This document shows, piece after piece, positions 28,081 through 37,638 of a stretch of DNA of 64,000 bases; the first letter of the stretch is position 1, and the number at the start of each line of letters is the position of its first letter. The notes beneath the pieces are model-generated. The model did not search any database. It saw only the letters and a program-made list of their open reading frames with translations, and was not told where the DNA came from. The translations under genes were made by a program, and so were the position numbers. Source of the DNA: an uncultured archaeon (GTDB taxonomy: Archaea; Altiarchaeota; Altiarchaeia; IMC4; SCGC-AAA252-I15); assembly GCA_964587725.1 (NCBI GenBank), contig CAZPLO010000001.1, forward strand, positions 16,327 through 80,326, read 5' to 3'.

Positions 28081-28592
28081 AATCTTCGGACAACAGGGGG
28101 CTGGTGTTGACGTTGGATTTAGTGGCGGCGCTGCTGCTTTTCCTGGTTATAATACTGACGGTTCTGTGGCTGTGGGGGCTTTCAAGAACCAATGTAACGG
28201 ATTACCGGGAGACGGACGCCCGCCAGGAGAGGCTGCTGGCTGTGTCTTCCATGCTGGTCGGCACGGGGGGGCAGCCTCCTGACTGGCACCTCCAGGGATC
28301 GATAGACAGGGATAACGTCGACGCCCTCGGCCTCGCATCCGATCCGCACATACTGGACAGGAACAAACTGGAGGCGTTAGAGGCCGCAGACTACCAGGAC
28401 CTCCGGGAGATACTGGGGCTGGGGGACGAAGAATTCAACGTCAGCGTAATAGAGAACTGGAGCGGCGACGCCAGGGTATTGTACAGCGCCGGCCGGACGG
28501 TGGAGTCTGGTGAGGTCAGGGTTTTCAGGCGCTACGCGCTGCTGAACGATACGAGGGTGGAGTTGAGGTTGGAGGCGTACTACGACAAATGA
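28077..28592 (+). CDS. Pilin-like / pilus accessory protein with N-terminal hydrophobic helix
   Basis: MKSSDNRG|LVLTLDLVAALLLFLVIILTV...; 4-nt overlaps with both neighbouring genes. Confidence 0.5.
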   Translation: MKSSDNRGLVLTLDLVAALLLFLVIILTVLWLWGLSRTNVTDYRETDARQERLLAVSSMLVGTGGQPPDWHLQGSIDRDNVDALGLASDPHILDRNKLEALEAADYQDLREILGLGDEEFNVSVIENWSGDARVLYSAGRTVESGEVRVFRRYALLNDTRVELRLEAYYDK

Positions 28593-28978
28593 AAAAAGGG
28601 TTCATACTCACCATGGACGCGATGGTGGCCCTCATGGTGGGGGCGGTGCTGGTGACCGGCATACTGTATTTCGTAACCCGCCCCAGCCACGACACCGGCG
28701 AACAAATGTATGCGGCGGCCGCTGACTTCCTGGCCGTGGGAGACAAGGAGGGCAGCATCGTCGACGCGTTGAACGGCCGGCCGGGAGACGTCAGCGAGCT
28801 CATGTATTCGATGCCCCATAACCTGTGCCTCAACCTGACGGTGGTGAACGCATCAGGGCAAGTGTTTTACAGCAACAGCAGCGGCTGCAACGAATCATAC
28901 AGTTACGTGATGGCGAAACGCATCATAGTGAACGGCACCGACTATTACACAGCCAGGGCGAGGGTGTGGTCGAGATGA
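28589..28978 (+). CDS. Type IV pilin-like protein, class III signal peptide
   Basis: MKKG|FILTMDAMVALMVGAVLV resembles the bacterial G|FTLxE type; NxS/T sequons in the C-terminal part. Confidence 0.65.
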   Translation: MKKGFILTMDAMVALMVGAVLVTGILYFVTRPSHDTGEQMYAAAADFLAVGDKEGSIVDALNGRPGDVSELMYSMPHNLCLNLTVVNASGQVFYSNSSGCNESYSYVMAKRIIVNGTDYYTARARVWSR

Positions 28979-30234
28979 GAGGCTACCTGTTCACCGCCTT
29001 GACGGTGTTGATGCTGGCGTCCCTGTTCGTATTCTCCTACTACTTCTACACCACAGACTACGCCTCCACCGCCGCAGACATACGAGCCGAAAAAACAGCC
29101 AACGTATTCGACGACGTCGCCTGTGACGTGGAGGAAATACTGGGGTTGGACGCCGCCGTTAGGGCGGGCTCGGACACCGTATACGGGTTCAACGACCGGT
29201 TCCCCGCCGCAGGAATACCGTCGACCATACGGAACTACACAGACTACGTTGAAGGCGCGTACGCCACTGAAACAGCGGCGGAACTCTCGTTGAACGCTGG
29301 AGCACTGTCTTCTGCCACCGCGTCGGTGGACTTCACACTCCATCCGTTCAAGTACGCGTACGGTTACGGGAACCTCAGCAAGAAGACGGTTTGGTTCAGG
29401 AACCTCACCCTGGAGTACGAGCCCCTGGAATTGAACCTGACGCTCGACTTCCGCGGCGAGAACGCTAAAGACATGATATGGACGGAGGCTGAAGACTACT
29501 CCCTCACAGGCGAAACAGTGGTGGACGACTCCGACGCGTCCGAAGACAGCTACGTAAGGGACTTCGCCTCCATGAACACGTTCATAGATGTGCCCTTGAA
29601 CGTTAACTACACGTTATGGGTCAGAACAGTATACGACAATAGCAGCAAAAACTTCACCGTGGAAATAGACGGACGGAATAGCAGCAGATTCGACTTGAGG
29701 GATGAGGGGGCATCTTCCGCGTCGTTCAAATGGTTCAACGACACCGACGAATTCAACCTCACCGCCGGGGTGAAGACGGTGAAGGTGCATTCACTGGGCG
29801 CCGGGACGGAGTCCATAGACGTCATCATGCTGACGACGGACTACCTCGACCTGGCGGACGCGCACAATACCCGGCCCCGAGACCCCTTCACATTCTACAA
29901 CATAAGCGGTGGAGACATGGAGGTGAATGTGAAGGTGTTGTTCGACAACGCCAACCACACCCACACGTCGGATTTGAGCAGGACTGCGGAGTCGCAGTGG
30001 AACATCACATTCAGGGACGGGGACGGGGTGAACGTGCGTCTCGGAGGAGCGGATGGACACTACAGCAGCTTCACCGCGGCATTGAACGACACAGTGAACT
30101 CCAGCAACGGAAACCTGAACTCTTCGGCGGTGTTCTCGGACACGGGCGACGAACGGTACGTGGACAGCGGCTGCACGCTCAACCAGGCCGGCGGACTCGC
30201 TAGAACAGGAAGGCTGTGGCTCGCAGCCGGCTGA
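28975..30234 (+). CDS. Large pilin-like / pilus-tip candidate protein (419 aa), N-glycosylatable
   Basis: Internal ATG of track ORF 28825..30234 (ATGA overlap with the upstream gene). N-terminus MRG|YLFTALTVLMLASLFVFSYYF; more than 15 NxS/T sequons. Confidence 0.55.
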   Translation: MRGYLFTALTVLMLASLFVFSYYFYTTDYASTAADIRAEKTANVFDDVACDVEEILGLDAAVRAGSDTVYGFNDRFPAAGIPSTIRNYTDYVEGAYATETAAELSLNAGALSSATASVDFTLHPFKYAYGYGNLSKKTVWFRNLTLEYEPLELNLTLDFRGENAKDMIWTEAEDYSLTGETVVDDSDASEDSYVRDFASMNTFIDVPLNVNYTLWVRTVYDNSSKNFTVEIDGRNSSRFDLRDEGASSASFKWFNDTDEFNLTAGVKTVKVHSLGAGTESIDVIMLTTDYLDLADAHNTRPRDPFTFYNISGGDMEVNVKVLFDNANHTHTSDLSRTAESQWNITFRDGDGVNVRLGGADGHYSSFTAALNDTVNSSNGNLNSSAVFSDTGDERYVDSGCTLNQAGGLARTGRLWLAAG

Positions 30235-30268
30235 AGTTTTTATTACTGCACAGTAATGGTTTAGTAGG

Positions 30269-32008
30269 ATGGTCGAGATCAGGACTAAAGCGGACGCGCT
30301 GGTCGACGCGGTGAGGAAGTCCGAGGAGGGGGTGGGACTCGACCGCCTCGCAAAGGAAGCCGGCGTCGACGCAGACACAGCGGAACGCTGGGTCAACCAG
30401 ATGGAGGACATGCTGGACATAGACTACAGCATAAACCTGTTCAAGAAACCCACCGTCCGGATGAAAAAAGCCGAAGTCAAACGCACACCCAACATATTCC
30501 TAGACAGCGAAGGTGAGACCATCGAATCCTACGACATAACCGTCGACAAGGTCCCCGCGCAGATAATCATCCAGGACCGGAAAGGCGACTTCATGCGCAC
30601 CTACTACGTTGGAATGCCTGTTTTGGGAGAGGGAACCCACACCCTACTCAACAACGTGGTTAAGGAACTCGCGGTGAAGGTGTCCACCCGCACCGAAGAC
30701 ATATCAGACCCCCGGAAGGCGTCCGAGATAAAAGGCAAGTTCAGGATGGAGGCGCGGCAGAGGATACTTGACGAGATGCCGGTTACGGAGGAGCAGGCCG
30801 ACATACTCTCCGGGCTGATAATGCACAGGGTGTACGGCCTCGACGACCTGGAGATAATCCTGGGAGACGACCTCATAGAGGAACTGTGCATAAACGCCGG
30901 CGACCTCCCCATCATAGTGTATCACAGGAAGTACGGGTGGCTGAAGACCAACGTCGTCGTGCCGGAGGAGAAGGACATATTCGACTACGCCTCCCTCATC
31001 GGCCGTAAGGTGGGTAAGGACATCACCAACTTGAACCCGCTGATGGACGCCCGCCTCATCACCGGCGACCGCGTCGCGGCGTCGCTGTTCCCCATCTCCT
31101 CACAGGGGAATACGATAACCATACGGAAGTTCGCGCGGGAGCCGTGGACGATAGTGGACTTCATGAGCCCGGAATACAACACCATCTCTTCCGAGATAGC
31201 GGCGTTCCTGTGGCTGTGCATACAATACGAGTTGAGCGTCATGGTCGCCGGCGGCACAGCCTCCGGGAAGACGAGCATGCTCAACAGTTTGTGCGCGTTC
31301 ATACCGCCGGGGCAGAGGGTGGTAAGCATAGAGGACACCCGCGAGATACAACTGCCGTCGCACCTGGGATTGAACTGGATACAGCTGACCACGCGGGAGC
31401 CGAACCCCGACGGCCTCGGAGGCGTCACCATGCTGGATTTGATTGTGTCTTCGCTGAGGATGCGACCGGACCGCGTGATAGTGGGCGAGATACGGAACCG
31501 GGACGAGGCGGAGGTATTGTTCGAGGCCATGCACACCGGCCACTCAGTGTATTCGACGATGCACGCGGACACCGCCATGCACGTCCGCCGGCGGGTGACG
31601 GAGCCGCCGATACAGATTCCGGAGGCCGAATTGGAGGCACTGCAGGTGATACTTACACAGTACCGTGACCGCCTGCACGGGATACGCCGCACATTCGAGA
31701 TAGCGGAGGTCATACCTGGGACGAGGGAGCGGCGGCTGGAGCTGAAGTACCTTTACAGGTGGAGGATCAAGACCGACACCTTCGAACAGGTCGACAGAAG
31801 CAACCGCGTATACAACGACCTCAACCTGTACACCGGCATGAGCGTGAAGGAGATAGAGCAGGACCTGCTGGAAAAAAAGCAGGTGCTGGAGTGGCTGCTG
31901 GAGAACAAAGTCAACCGGATGGACGAGATAGGGCAGGTCATGAACATGTACTACACGGACAAGGACGAACTCATAAACGCGGTCCAAGCCAAGAAGAAGA
32001 TAGAATGA
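30269..32008 (+). CDS. TadA/FlaI/VirB11-family secretion ATPase with N-terminal extra domain
   Basis: Walker A MVAGGTASGKTSMLNSL, Walker B (RPDRVIVGEIRNRDE), His box (VYSTMHAD); 579 aa with an N-terminal HTH-like segment (GLDRLAKEAGVDADTAERWVNQ). Confidence 0.85.
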   Translation: MVEIRTKADALVDAVRKSEEGVGLDRLAKEAGVDADTAERWVNQMEDMLDIDYSINLFKKPTVRMKKAEVKRTPNIFLDSEGETIESYDITVDKVPAQIIIQDRKGDFMRTYYVGMPVLGEGTHTLLNNVVKELAVKVSTRTEDISDPRKASEIKGKFRMEARQRILDEMPVTEEQADILSGLIMHRVYGLDDLEIILGDDLIEELCINAGDLPIIVYHRKYGWLKTNVVVPEEKDIFDYASLIGRKVGKDITNLNPLMDARLITGDRVAASLFPISSQGNTITIRKFAREPWTIVDFMSPEYNTISSEIAAFLWLCIQYELSVMVAGGTASGKTSMLNSLCAFIPPGQRVVSIEDTREIQLPSHLGLNWIQLTTREPNPDGLGGVTMLDLIVSSLRMRPDRVIVGEIRNRDEAEVLFEAMHTGHSVYSTMHADTAMHVRRRVTEPPIQIPEAELEALQVILTQYRDRLHGIRRTFEIAEVIPGTRERRLELKYLYRWRIKTDTFEQVDRSNRVYNDLNLYTGMSVKEIEQDLLEKKQVLEWLLENKVNRMDEIGQVMNMYYTDKDELINAVQAKKKIE

Positions 32009-32892
32009 GGGTCTACGCCATGGTGCTGCCTCAGGCGGCGGGCAGGAAACTCGGCAGCAGGTTCGAGTGGCTGGGGAGGATTCTGACGGACTTCACGCCG
32101 CAGCTGAAAAGCGACATCGTGCTGTCGAACATAGACATGACCGCGGAGGAATACATGGTGTCTTCGCTGGCGTCCGCGTCCATACTGGGGGCTATGATGT
32201 TCACCTTCACCTACCTGCCAGTTTATTTACTGGAGATGGTGCCCGGCAGCGAACTCATCGTTTCCATTGCGCCGGCGGTGGTGATAGCGTTGCTGGACTT
32301 CTTCATAATGATGCAATATCCTCGGATACTCGCCGTTAAACGGGCGGAGCTTATAGACCGAGACCTCATATACGCGCTCAAGGAGCTGCTGCTGAACATG
32401 AGCGCCGGCCTGAGCCTGTTCGAAAGCCTCCGCCGGGTGTCGGACGCCAATTACGGGTACGTGTCATCCGACCTCCGGGGGGTGGTGGAGAAGACCACGC
32501 AGGGGACTCCGTTGGACGACGCCCTTGAAGGCCTCGCCCTCCGGACGTCGAGCGAGTACATGAGGAACGCGCTGTGGCAGACGGTGAACGCGGTGAAGGC
32601 TGGCACCAGCGTCAAAGAAGCATTGTCGGGCATAATAGACGCGCTGGTGCGGGAGCAGACGCGGAAGATACGCAATTACATACAGGAATTGAACGTCCTC
32701 ACCATGGTGTATATGCTGTTCGCAGTCGCCGTCCCCACCATAATAACGACTGTACTGGTGGTATTGACTTCGCTGATGGGGACGGGGGTGGACGAGATAA
32801 CCTACGTAACCGTCATAGTGGTGTGCATATTCATACAGGTGGCGTTGGTGGGTTTCATAAGGAGCAGGCGGCCGCTGGTCTACAGCATCTAG
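32005..32892 (+). CDS. Single-domain T2SSF-family platform protein (TadB/TadC-like)
   Basis: Internal ATG of track ORF 31759..32892, overlapping the ATPase stop (ATGA). One cytoplasmic T2SSF-like domain flanked by TM helices. Confidence 0.7.
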   Translation: MRVYAMVLPQAAGRKLGSRFEWLGRILTDFTPQLKSDIVLSNIDMTAEEYMVSSLASASILGAMMFTFTYLPVYLLEMVPGSELIVSIAPAVVIALLDFFIMMQYPRILAVKRAELIDRDLIYALKELLLNMSAGLSLFESLRRVSDANYGYVSSDLRGVVEKTTQGTPLDDALEGLALRTSSEYMRNALWQTVNAVKAGTSVKEALSGIIDALVREQTRKIRNYIQELNVLTMVYMLFAVAVPTIITTVLVVLTSLMGTGVDEITYVTVIVVCIFIQVALVGFIRSRRPLVYSI

Positions 32893-33209
32893 GCCTCCGG
32901 CTTCCCCATCAGGTTGGGGCTGCGGGGTTTCTTGTAGCCTCTGTCGTGGACGCGGTAGGATTCCTCGTTCAAGCCCAGTATGCTCACCAGCTCCGAACGC
33001 GCCACCAGAAACCTGCTGTGCCCGAGGAACGTGGACAGGTAGTCGGTGGTCAGACCGTTCAGCAGGCTCTCTTTTTCGACATCGCTCATGTGCTCGACGT
33101 CCATTATGCCTAGTTTCTTCATCTCGTTAACCAGGACCAATCCCCCGGACTTGCCGGACCACTTGAACATGAACTCCAGCAGCTGTCTGCCCACCTTGGC
33201 CATCTTCAC
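32889..33209 (-). CDS. Small hypothetical protein (106 aa) coupled to the KaiC-like ATPase
   Basis: Its start overlaps the KaiC-like stop by 4 nt; no recognisable family. Confidence 0.4.
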   Translation of the reverse strand: MKMAKVGRQLLEFMFKWSGKSGGLVLVNEMKKLGIMDVEHMSDVEKESLLNGLTTDYLSTFLGHSRFLVARSELVSILGLNEESYRVHDRGYKKPRSPNLMGKPEA

Positions 33210-33913
33210 TTATACAGTACCTTCAATCCCTCCGACGATATGTCGTAGTCTACGAAGTTTTTGACGTGATTTGAGCCGCGCATCTTATGGACCTTCACCT
33301 GCCGCCCCCACTCCTCCCTGATTCGGAACAACGTGACGGAGTCGGCTAGGAAGTCCTCCATGCCGAAACGGCTGGTGTCGTTCGACGAATACGGTATCTC
33401 GGTGGTGAACACGGTGGTGATGCCCATCTTCTTCAGCGACACCATGAAACGGAACAGCTCCGCCCTGAATACTTTCTCGTCCTCGTACGCGATAGCCAGC
33501 GGCACCACGCTGTCCAACCCCAGGCGGACTGCATCGCTGTAGTTCAACTGTATGAACTCCAGCAGGTTCTCGAAGCGGAGCGGACTCTCCGGGCTCTCCA
33601 CCTCGTCGGCGGTGTTCAACGCGTTGACACGTAGCGAGGACAGGTCGAACATGGTGAGCATGTCATCGTCCACGTCCTCCAGGTCGAGGCCGACCGTTTT
33701 GCTGTCCCTTACTATGTGGTCCCTCATCTCCTCCAAGGTAATGTAAACTCCCTTCTGCCCGTACTTCACCGCCCCGTTGTAGAGAAAGTAGAGGGTGAAC
33801 AGGGTCTTCCCGGAGCCGCTGCACCCGCACAGCAGGTTTATGCTGTGGGGTATAAAGCCGCCCCCCAAAAGGTTGTCGTAGCCTTCAATGCCGGTCTTGA
33901 TTCGCTCATCCAT
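33206..33913 (-). CDS. KaiC-like / FlaH-like single-domain RecA-superfamily ATPase
   Basis: GIEGYDNLLGGGFIPHSINLLCGCSGSGKTLFTLYFLYNG (Walker A) with the KaiC/RadA-like layout; 235 aa. Confidence 0.8.
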   Translation of the reverse strand: MDERIKTGIEGYDNLLGGGFIPHSINLLCGCSGSGKTLFTLYFLYNGAVKYGQKGVYITLEEMRDHIVRDSKTVGLDLEDVDDDMLTMFDLSSLRVNALNTADEVESPESPLRFENLLEFIQLNYSDAVRLGLDSVVPLAIAYEDEKVFRAELFRFMVSLKKMGITTVFTTEIPYSSNDTSRFGMEDFLADSVTLFRIREEWGRQVKVHKMRGSNHVKNFVDYDISSEGLKVLYK

Positions 33914-33983
33914 AATAAAACCCCCCTTAGAACGTTAGATATTGAATGTTTTATTAAAATAACCGGGATTTAATACATTACCT

Positions 33984-34964
33984 ATGGAACGGACCTACAT
34001 CCTCGCCTCCCGGATTTTCCCATCCAGGGTTAATAGAAGCATCAGCGACCTCCTCAGGTACTGCGGAAGCACCATGACGGCCGAGACCTGGCTGGGGAGG
34101 GCCGCCATAATCAGCATCATAATATTCGTTTTAACGGCGGCGGTGTTTTTGTTCACCGTCCAAAACCCCCTGATGGCCCTGTTCCTGGTATTGGTGGGGC
34201 TCCTGATATTCCACGTGGCAAACTACATGCTCCTGTATTTGAAGGCGGAGAGCAGGGCTAGGGCTGTGGAACGCGTTCTCCCCAATCTCCTGCAGCTGAT
34301 AGCCGCCAACCTCAACTCCGGGATGACGCCTTTCCAGGCTGTGAAGGAGGCGTCTAGGATAGAGTTCGGAATCCTGAAGGAGGAGATAGACACCGCCATC
34401 GCATTGTCGCTGGGGACCATGCCTTTCCCGGACGCGCTGATGTACATGACGACGAAGGTGAAATCCGAAACCTTCAGGAACGTGATGGAGTTGTTCGTGG
34501 AGGGGATGAGGACGGGGGGGCCCCTGGCCACCCTGCTGAACGACATAGCAGACGACATAATAGAGAACCTGGACCTGCGGCGGGAGATTGTCACGCGGAG
34601 CAAAAGCTACATACTGTTCATATCCTTCATCGTGGTGGTGGGGGCTCCGCTGCTGTCGGCGGTGTCGATACACTTCATCCGCACCATCACCAGCATAACA
34701 AGCACCGTCGCCTTGGACGTGCCGGAGGTGGCTAACGTGGGCGGCATAACATTCGGGCAGCTGAGCCTCACCGAAAGCTTCCTCACCACCGTGTCGGTGG
34801 CCAACATACTGGTGACCGCGTTGATTGCGAGCTGGCTGATTGCCATAATAGCGGAGGGCAGGGACAAGTACATGTTCAAGTACGCCATAATGCTGGTGCC
34901 GTTCTCCATGGTCATGTTCTACTCCCTCGACTACCTGATAGCGCTGGTATTGACCGTAGAATGA
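33984..34964 (+). CDS. Single-domain T2SSF-family platform protein (TadC-like)
   Basis: N-terminal TM helices, then one T2SSF-type cytoplasmic domain (...NLNSGMTPFQAVKEA...), then C-terminal TM helices; 326 aa. Confidence 0.7.
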   Translation: MERTYILASRIFPSRVNRSISDLLRYCGSTMTAETWLGRAAIISIIIFVLTAAVFLFTVQNPLMALFLVLVGLLIFHVANYMLLYLKAESRARAVERVLPNLLQLIAANLNSGMTPFQAVKEASRIEFGILKEEIDTAIALSLGTMPFPDALMYMTTKVKSETFRNVMELFVEGMRTGGPLATLLNDIADDIIENLDLRREIVTRSKSYILFISFIVVVGAPLLSAVSIHFIRTITSITSTVALDVPEVANVGGITFGQLSLTESFLTTVSVANILVTALIASWLIAIIAEGRDKYMFKYAIMLVPFSMVMFYSLDYLIALVLTVE

Positions 34965-36064
34965 AAATAGCGTTGATCTGCGAGTTCTTCCCGGAGTCCA
35001 GCGGCCGGGAGATGCGAGGGGGCGTCGAAGCCCGGACGTACTTCATGGGCAGGGGCCTGGCGAAACGACACGACGTCACCGTATACAGCGTCAAAGAACC
35101 GGGGTTTACGAACACTTCCATTGACGGCATGGACGTGGTGCGGGTGGGGCCGGAGATGAAGTACACGCAGGCGTCGTCGCTGCCAGACAGAATCCGTTTC
35201 ATGCGAGACGCCGCCGAGCAGGTGAAAGGCTTTGACGTGGTGGACGGAGCCAGCGTCATAGGCTACCCGGCCGCGTGGTGGAGCAAATGCCCCGTGAAGA
35301 CTGTGACATACCATGACGTGTGGGTCGGACGCTGGATTCGAAACATCGGGTGGAAGGGCGCGTTCGGCGAACTCATGGAACGATACGTGCTGTCGCGCCG
35401 GTGGAATCTGGTGACGGCGGTGAGCGAGTACACGAAACAGAATCTCGTGAAACACGGCGTAGACGCTGAAAAGATTACGGTGGCGCCGAACGGCATAGAC
35501 GTCCGCGAATACGCGGGGGTGAAGGCGGAGAAATTCGACAAACCCACCGTGTGCACGGTAGCGAGGCTGGTGAAGTACAAGCGGGTCGGCGACCTCATTC
35601 AAGCGGCTGCGAATATGAAGGAGGACGTACCCGGCCTTCAGGTGAAGGTTGTGGGGACGGGGCCGGAGAGGAAAACCCTGGAGCGTCTCGCACGTGACCT
35701 CGGAGTAGATGCGGATTTCATGGGGTACGTGCCAAAACACTCCAGGGTGTTGGAGACAGTGAAGGCGTCGCACGCGTTCTGCTTGCCCAGCGCGGTGGAA
35801 GGCTACGGCATCACCGTCGTGGAGGCGATGGCGTTGGATGTCCCGTACGTGGCGTCCGACATACCCGCCGTCAGGGAGGCGACGCGGAACGGTTCAGGGG
35901 GCCTGCTGTATGAGACAGGCAACATAGGGAAGCTTGCAGACGGACTGAAGACTGTGCTGCAGGGAGGCGTTGAAGGCGGCGTGGACTTCATCGGCGAATA
36001 CGAGTGGAGCCGTACGGTGGAGAAGGTGGAGGAGGCGTATGAAAGGGCATCTGACATTAAGTGA
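34961..36064 (+). CDS. GT4-family (GT-B) glycosyltransferase
   Basis: N-terminus MKIALICEFFPESSGREMRGG. The C-terminal EX7E motif is ...PSAVEGYGITVVEAMA.... Confidence 0.85.
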   Translation: MKIALICEFFPESSGREMRGGVEARTYFMGRGLAKRHDVTVYSVKEPGFTNTSIDGMDVVRVGPEMKYTQASSLPDRIRFMRDAAEQVKGFDVVDGASVIGYPAAWWSKCPVKTVTYHDVWVGRWIRNIGWKGAFGELMERYVLSRRWNLVTAVSEYTKQNLVKHGVDAEKITVAPNGIDVREYAGVKAEKFDKPTVCTVARLVKYKRVGDLIQAAANMKEDVPGLQVKVVGTGPERKTLERLARDLGVDADFMGYVPKHSRVLETVKASHAFCLPSAVEGYGITVVEAMALDVPYVASDIPAVREATRNGSGGLLYETGNIGKLADGLKTVLQGGVEGGVDFIGEYEWSRTVEKVEEAYERASDIK

Positions 36065-37592
36065 CCGGCACGGGCTGGCAGTCATACTGCTGGTTGCTCT
36101 GGCGCTGATGCTCCAGCACATAGGCGGCGCCTTCGGGGGATACCACGGATTCAACGAAGCATTCTACACCCGGCTGGCCGGGAGCATAGCAGAAAACCCC
36201 CTGTCGTATCCGCGGCTGCCCGAAGGCAGAGCAGACTACAACATACCCCCGCTCCTCGCCTACCTCCTCGGATACGCGTTCATACTGTTCGGGGAAGGGG
36301 AGGCGGTTGCGAGGATGGTTCCCGTAGCATTCAGCCTCCTCGCGGTCGCATCAACATACCTCATCGGCAGGAGACTGTATGGGGGGCGGACGGGGCTGGC
36401 GGCGGCCGCCATACTTTCCGTGACGCCCATGCACTTCATCGTAGGCAGGAACGTGCAGACGGACATGGTGTTCGTGGCATTGGGGTTGACCGCAGTATAC
36501 CTGTATCTCCGAGGGTCGGTGAAGGCCGCCGGCGCAGTATTGGGGCTGGGATTCCTCGCCAAACAGCCGGCGGCACTGTATTACGTGGGGTTGCTGGCGT
36601 ACGAGGTTTGGCGGACGCACGACTCGGAAGACCGCCGTGGAACCTTGAAAAAGTTCGCAGTGTTCACTGCGTGCGCCGCTGCAGTGGCAGCACCGTATAT
36701 AATATACAATCTCGTCAACGACCCCGGAGGGTTCCTGGGCGGGCAGACACGCGACGTCATGCTCGCCTCGACCGGCGGCCCGGGATTGTTCGCGCTAGCC
36801 TCCGAAGCATACAATGGATTGTCTCCGCTGACTACATTGGCATTCATCGCAGGCGTCATACTCGTGCTGCGTAAACGTGAACGCGACCTCACACTCATCT
36901 ACACGGCATTGTTTGCGGTGTTCTTCCTGTTCTACAACTTCCACTCATACTATGCGCTGCCGCTGGCGGCGTTCGCTGCATTGGCGGCGGCACGGGCATG
37001 CTCAGGGATACCGTCTAAGAAACTCCGCCTAGCAGCCATCTTACTACTCTACTGCGCTGGACTCTTCAACACCGCGCTGATGATGTGCGCCAACAAATAC
37101 GGGTACGAAGAGTTCAGGAGGCTGCCCCGGCACATCCCCGAACAGGATGCTGTGCTTGTTGCTTCAGACGTCATAGAACGCAGTTACCTGCCGGTGCTCC
37201 AATACTATGCGGACAAGGAGGTGGTTGCAGCCGGCGGATACGACGTCGAAGCAGGTGAAATGTATCCGCTGGACTACTCGAAACCCACGTATGCGCTGAT
37301 ACACCGGAGCGAAGTGGACCTGGGGCGGCTGACCGAACAGCACCGGCAGAGACTAGTTGACAACGGCGTCTACGCGGACGTGCACGCGCTAGCCCTGGGC
37401 GGCGTGGTATTCCACCGGCCGCCCATAAACCCCCACTTCTTCACCAACGGCCCACTACAGGTGGAGTGGCTGCTTCCCCCAACATCATACGGGGTCGTGA
37501 AGGTGGGTGAGGTGCCGGAGGTGTTCGCCGTGAAACTGCGGCCCAGCGAACGCCTGTACAGAAGCGACAGAGGAGGCTACAGCATCAGATAG
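36039..37592 (+). CDS. GT-C membrane glycosyltransferase, GT39/GT83 (PMT/ArnT)-like
   Basis: Internal ATG of track ORF 35970..37592. Polytopic membrane protein with ...VAVASTYLIGRRLYGGRTGLAAAAILSVTPMHFIVGRNVQTDMVFVALGL..., typical of the PMT/ArnT family. Confidence 0.65.
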   Translation: MKGHLTLSDRHGLAVILLVALALMLQHIGGAFGGYHGFNEAFYTRLAGSIAENPLSYPRLPEGRADYNIPPLLAYLLGYAFILFGEGEAVARMVPVAFSLLAVASTYLIGRRLYGGRTGLAAAAILSVTPMHFIVGRNVQTDMVFVALGLTAVYLYLRGSVKAAGAVLGLGFLAKQPAALYYVGLLAYEVWRTHDSEDRRGTLKKFAVFTACAAAVAAPYIIYNLVNDPGGFLGGQTRDVMLASTGGPGLFALASEAYNGLSPLTTLAFIAGVILVLRKRERDLTLIYTALFAVFFLFYNFHSYYALPLAAFAALAAARACSGIPSKKLRLAAILLLYCAGLFNTALMMCANKYGYEEFRRLPRHIPEQDAVLVASDVIERSYLPVLQYYADKEVVAAGGYDVEAGEMYPLDYSKPTYALIHRSEVDLGRLTEQHRQRLVDNGVYADVHALALGGVVFHRPPINPHFFTNGPLQVEWLLPPTSYGVVKVGEVPEVFAVKLRPSERLYRSDRGGYSIR

Positions 37593-37638
37593 TGTTTTTA
37601 ACCGTCTCTTTGAATACATTACATCAAGGTGATAGACT

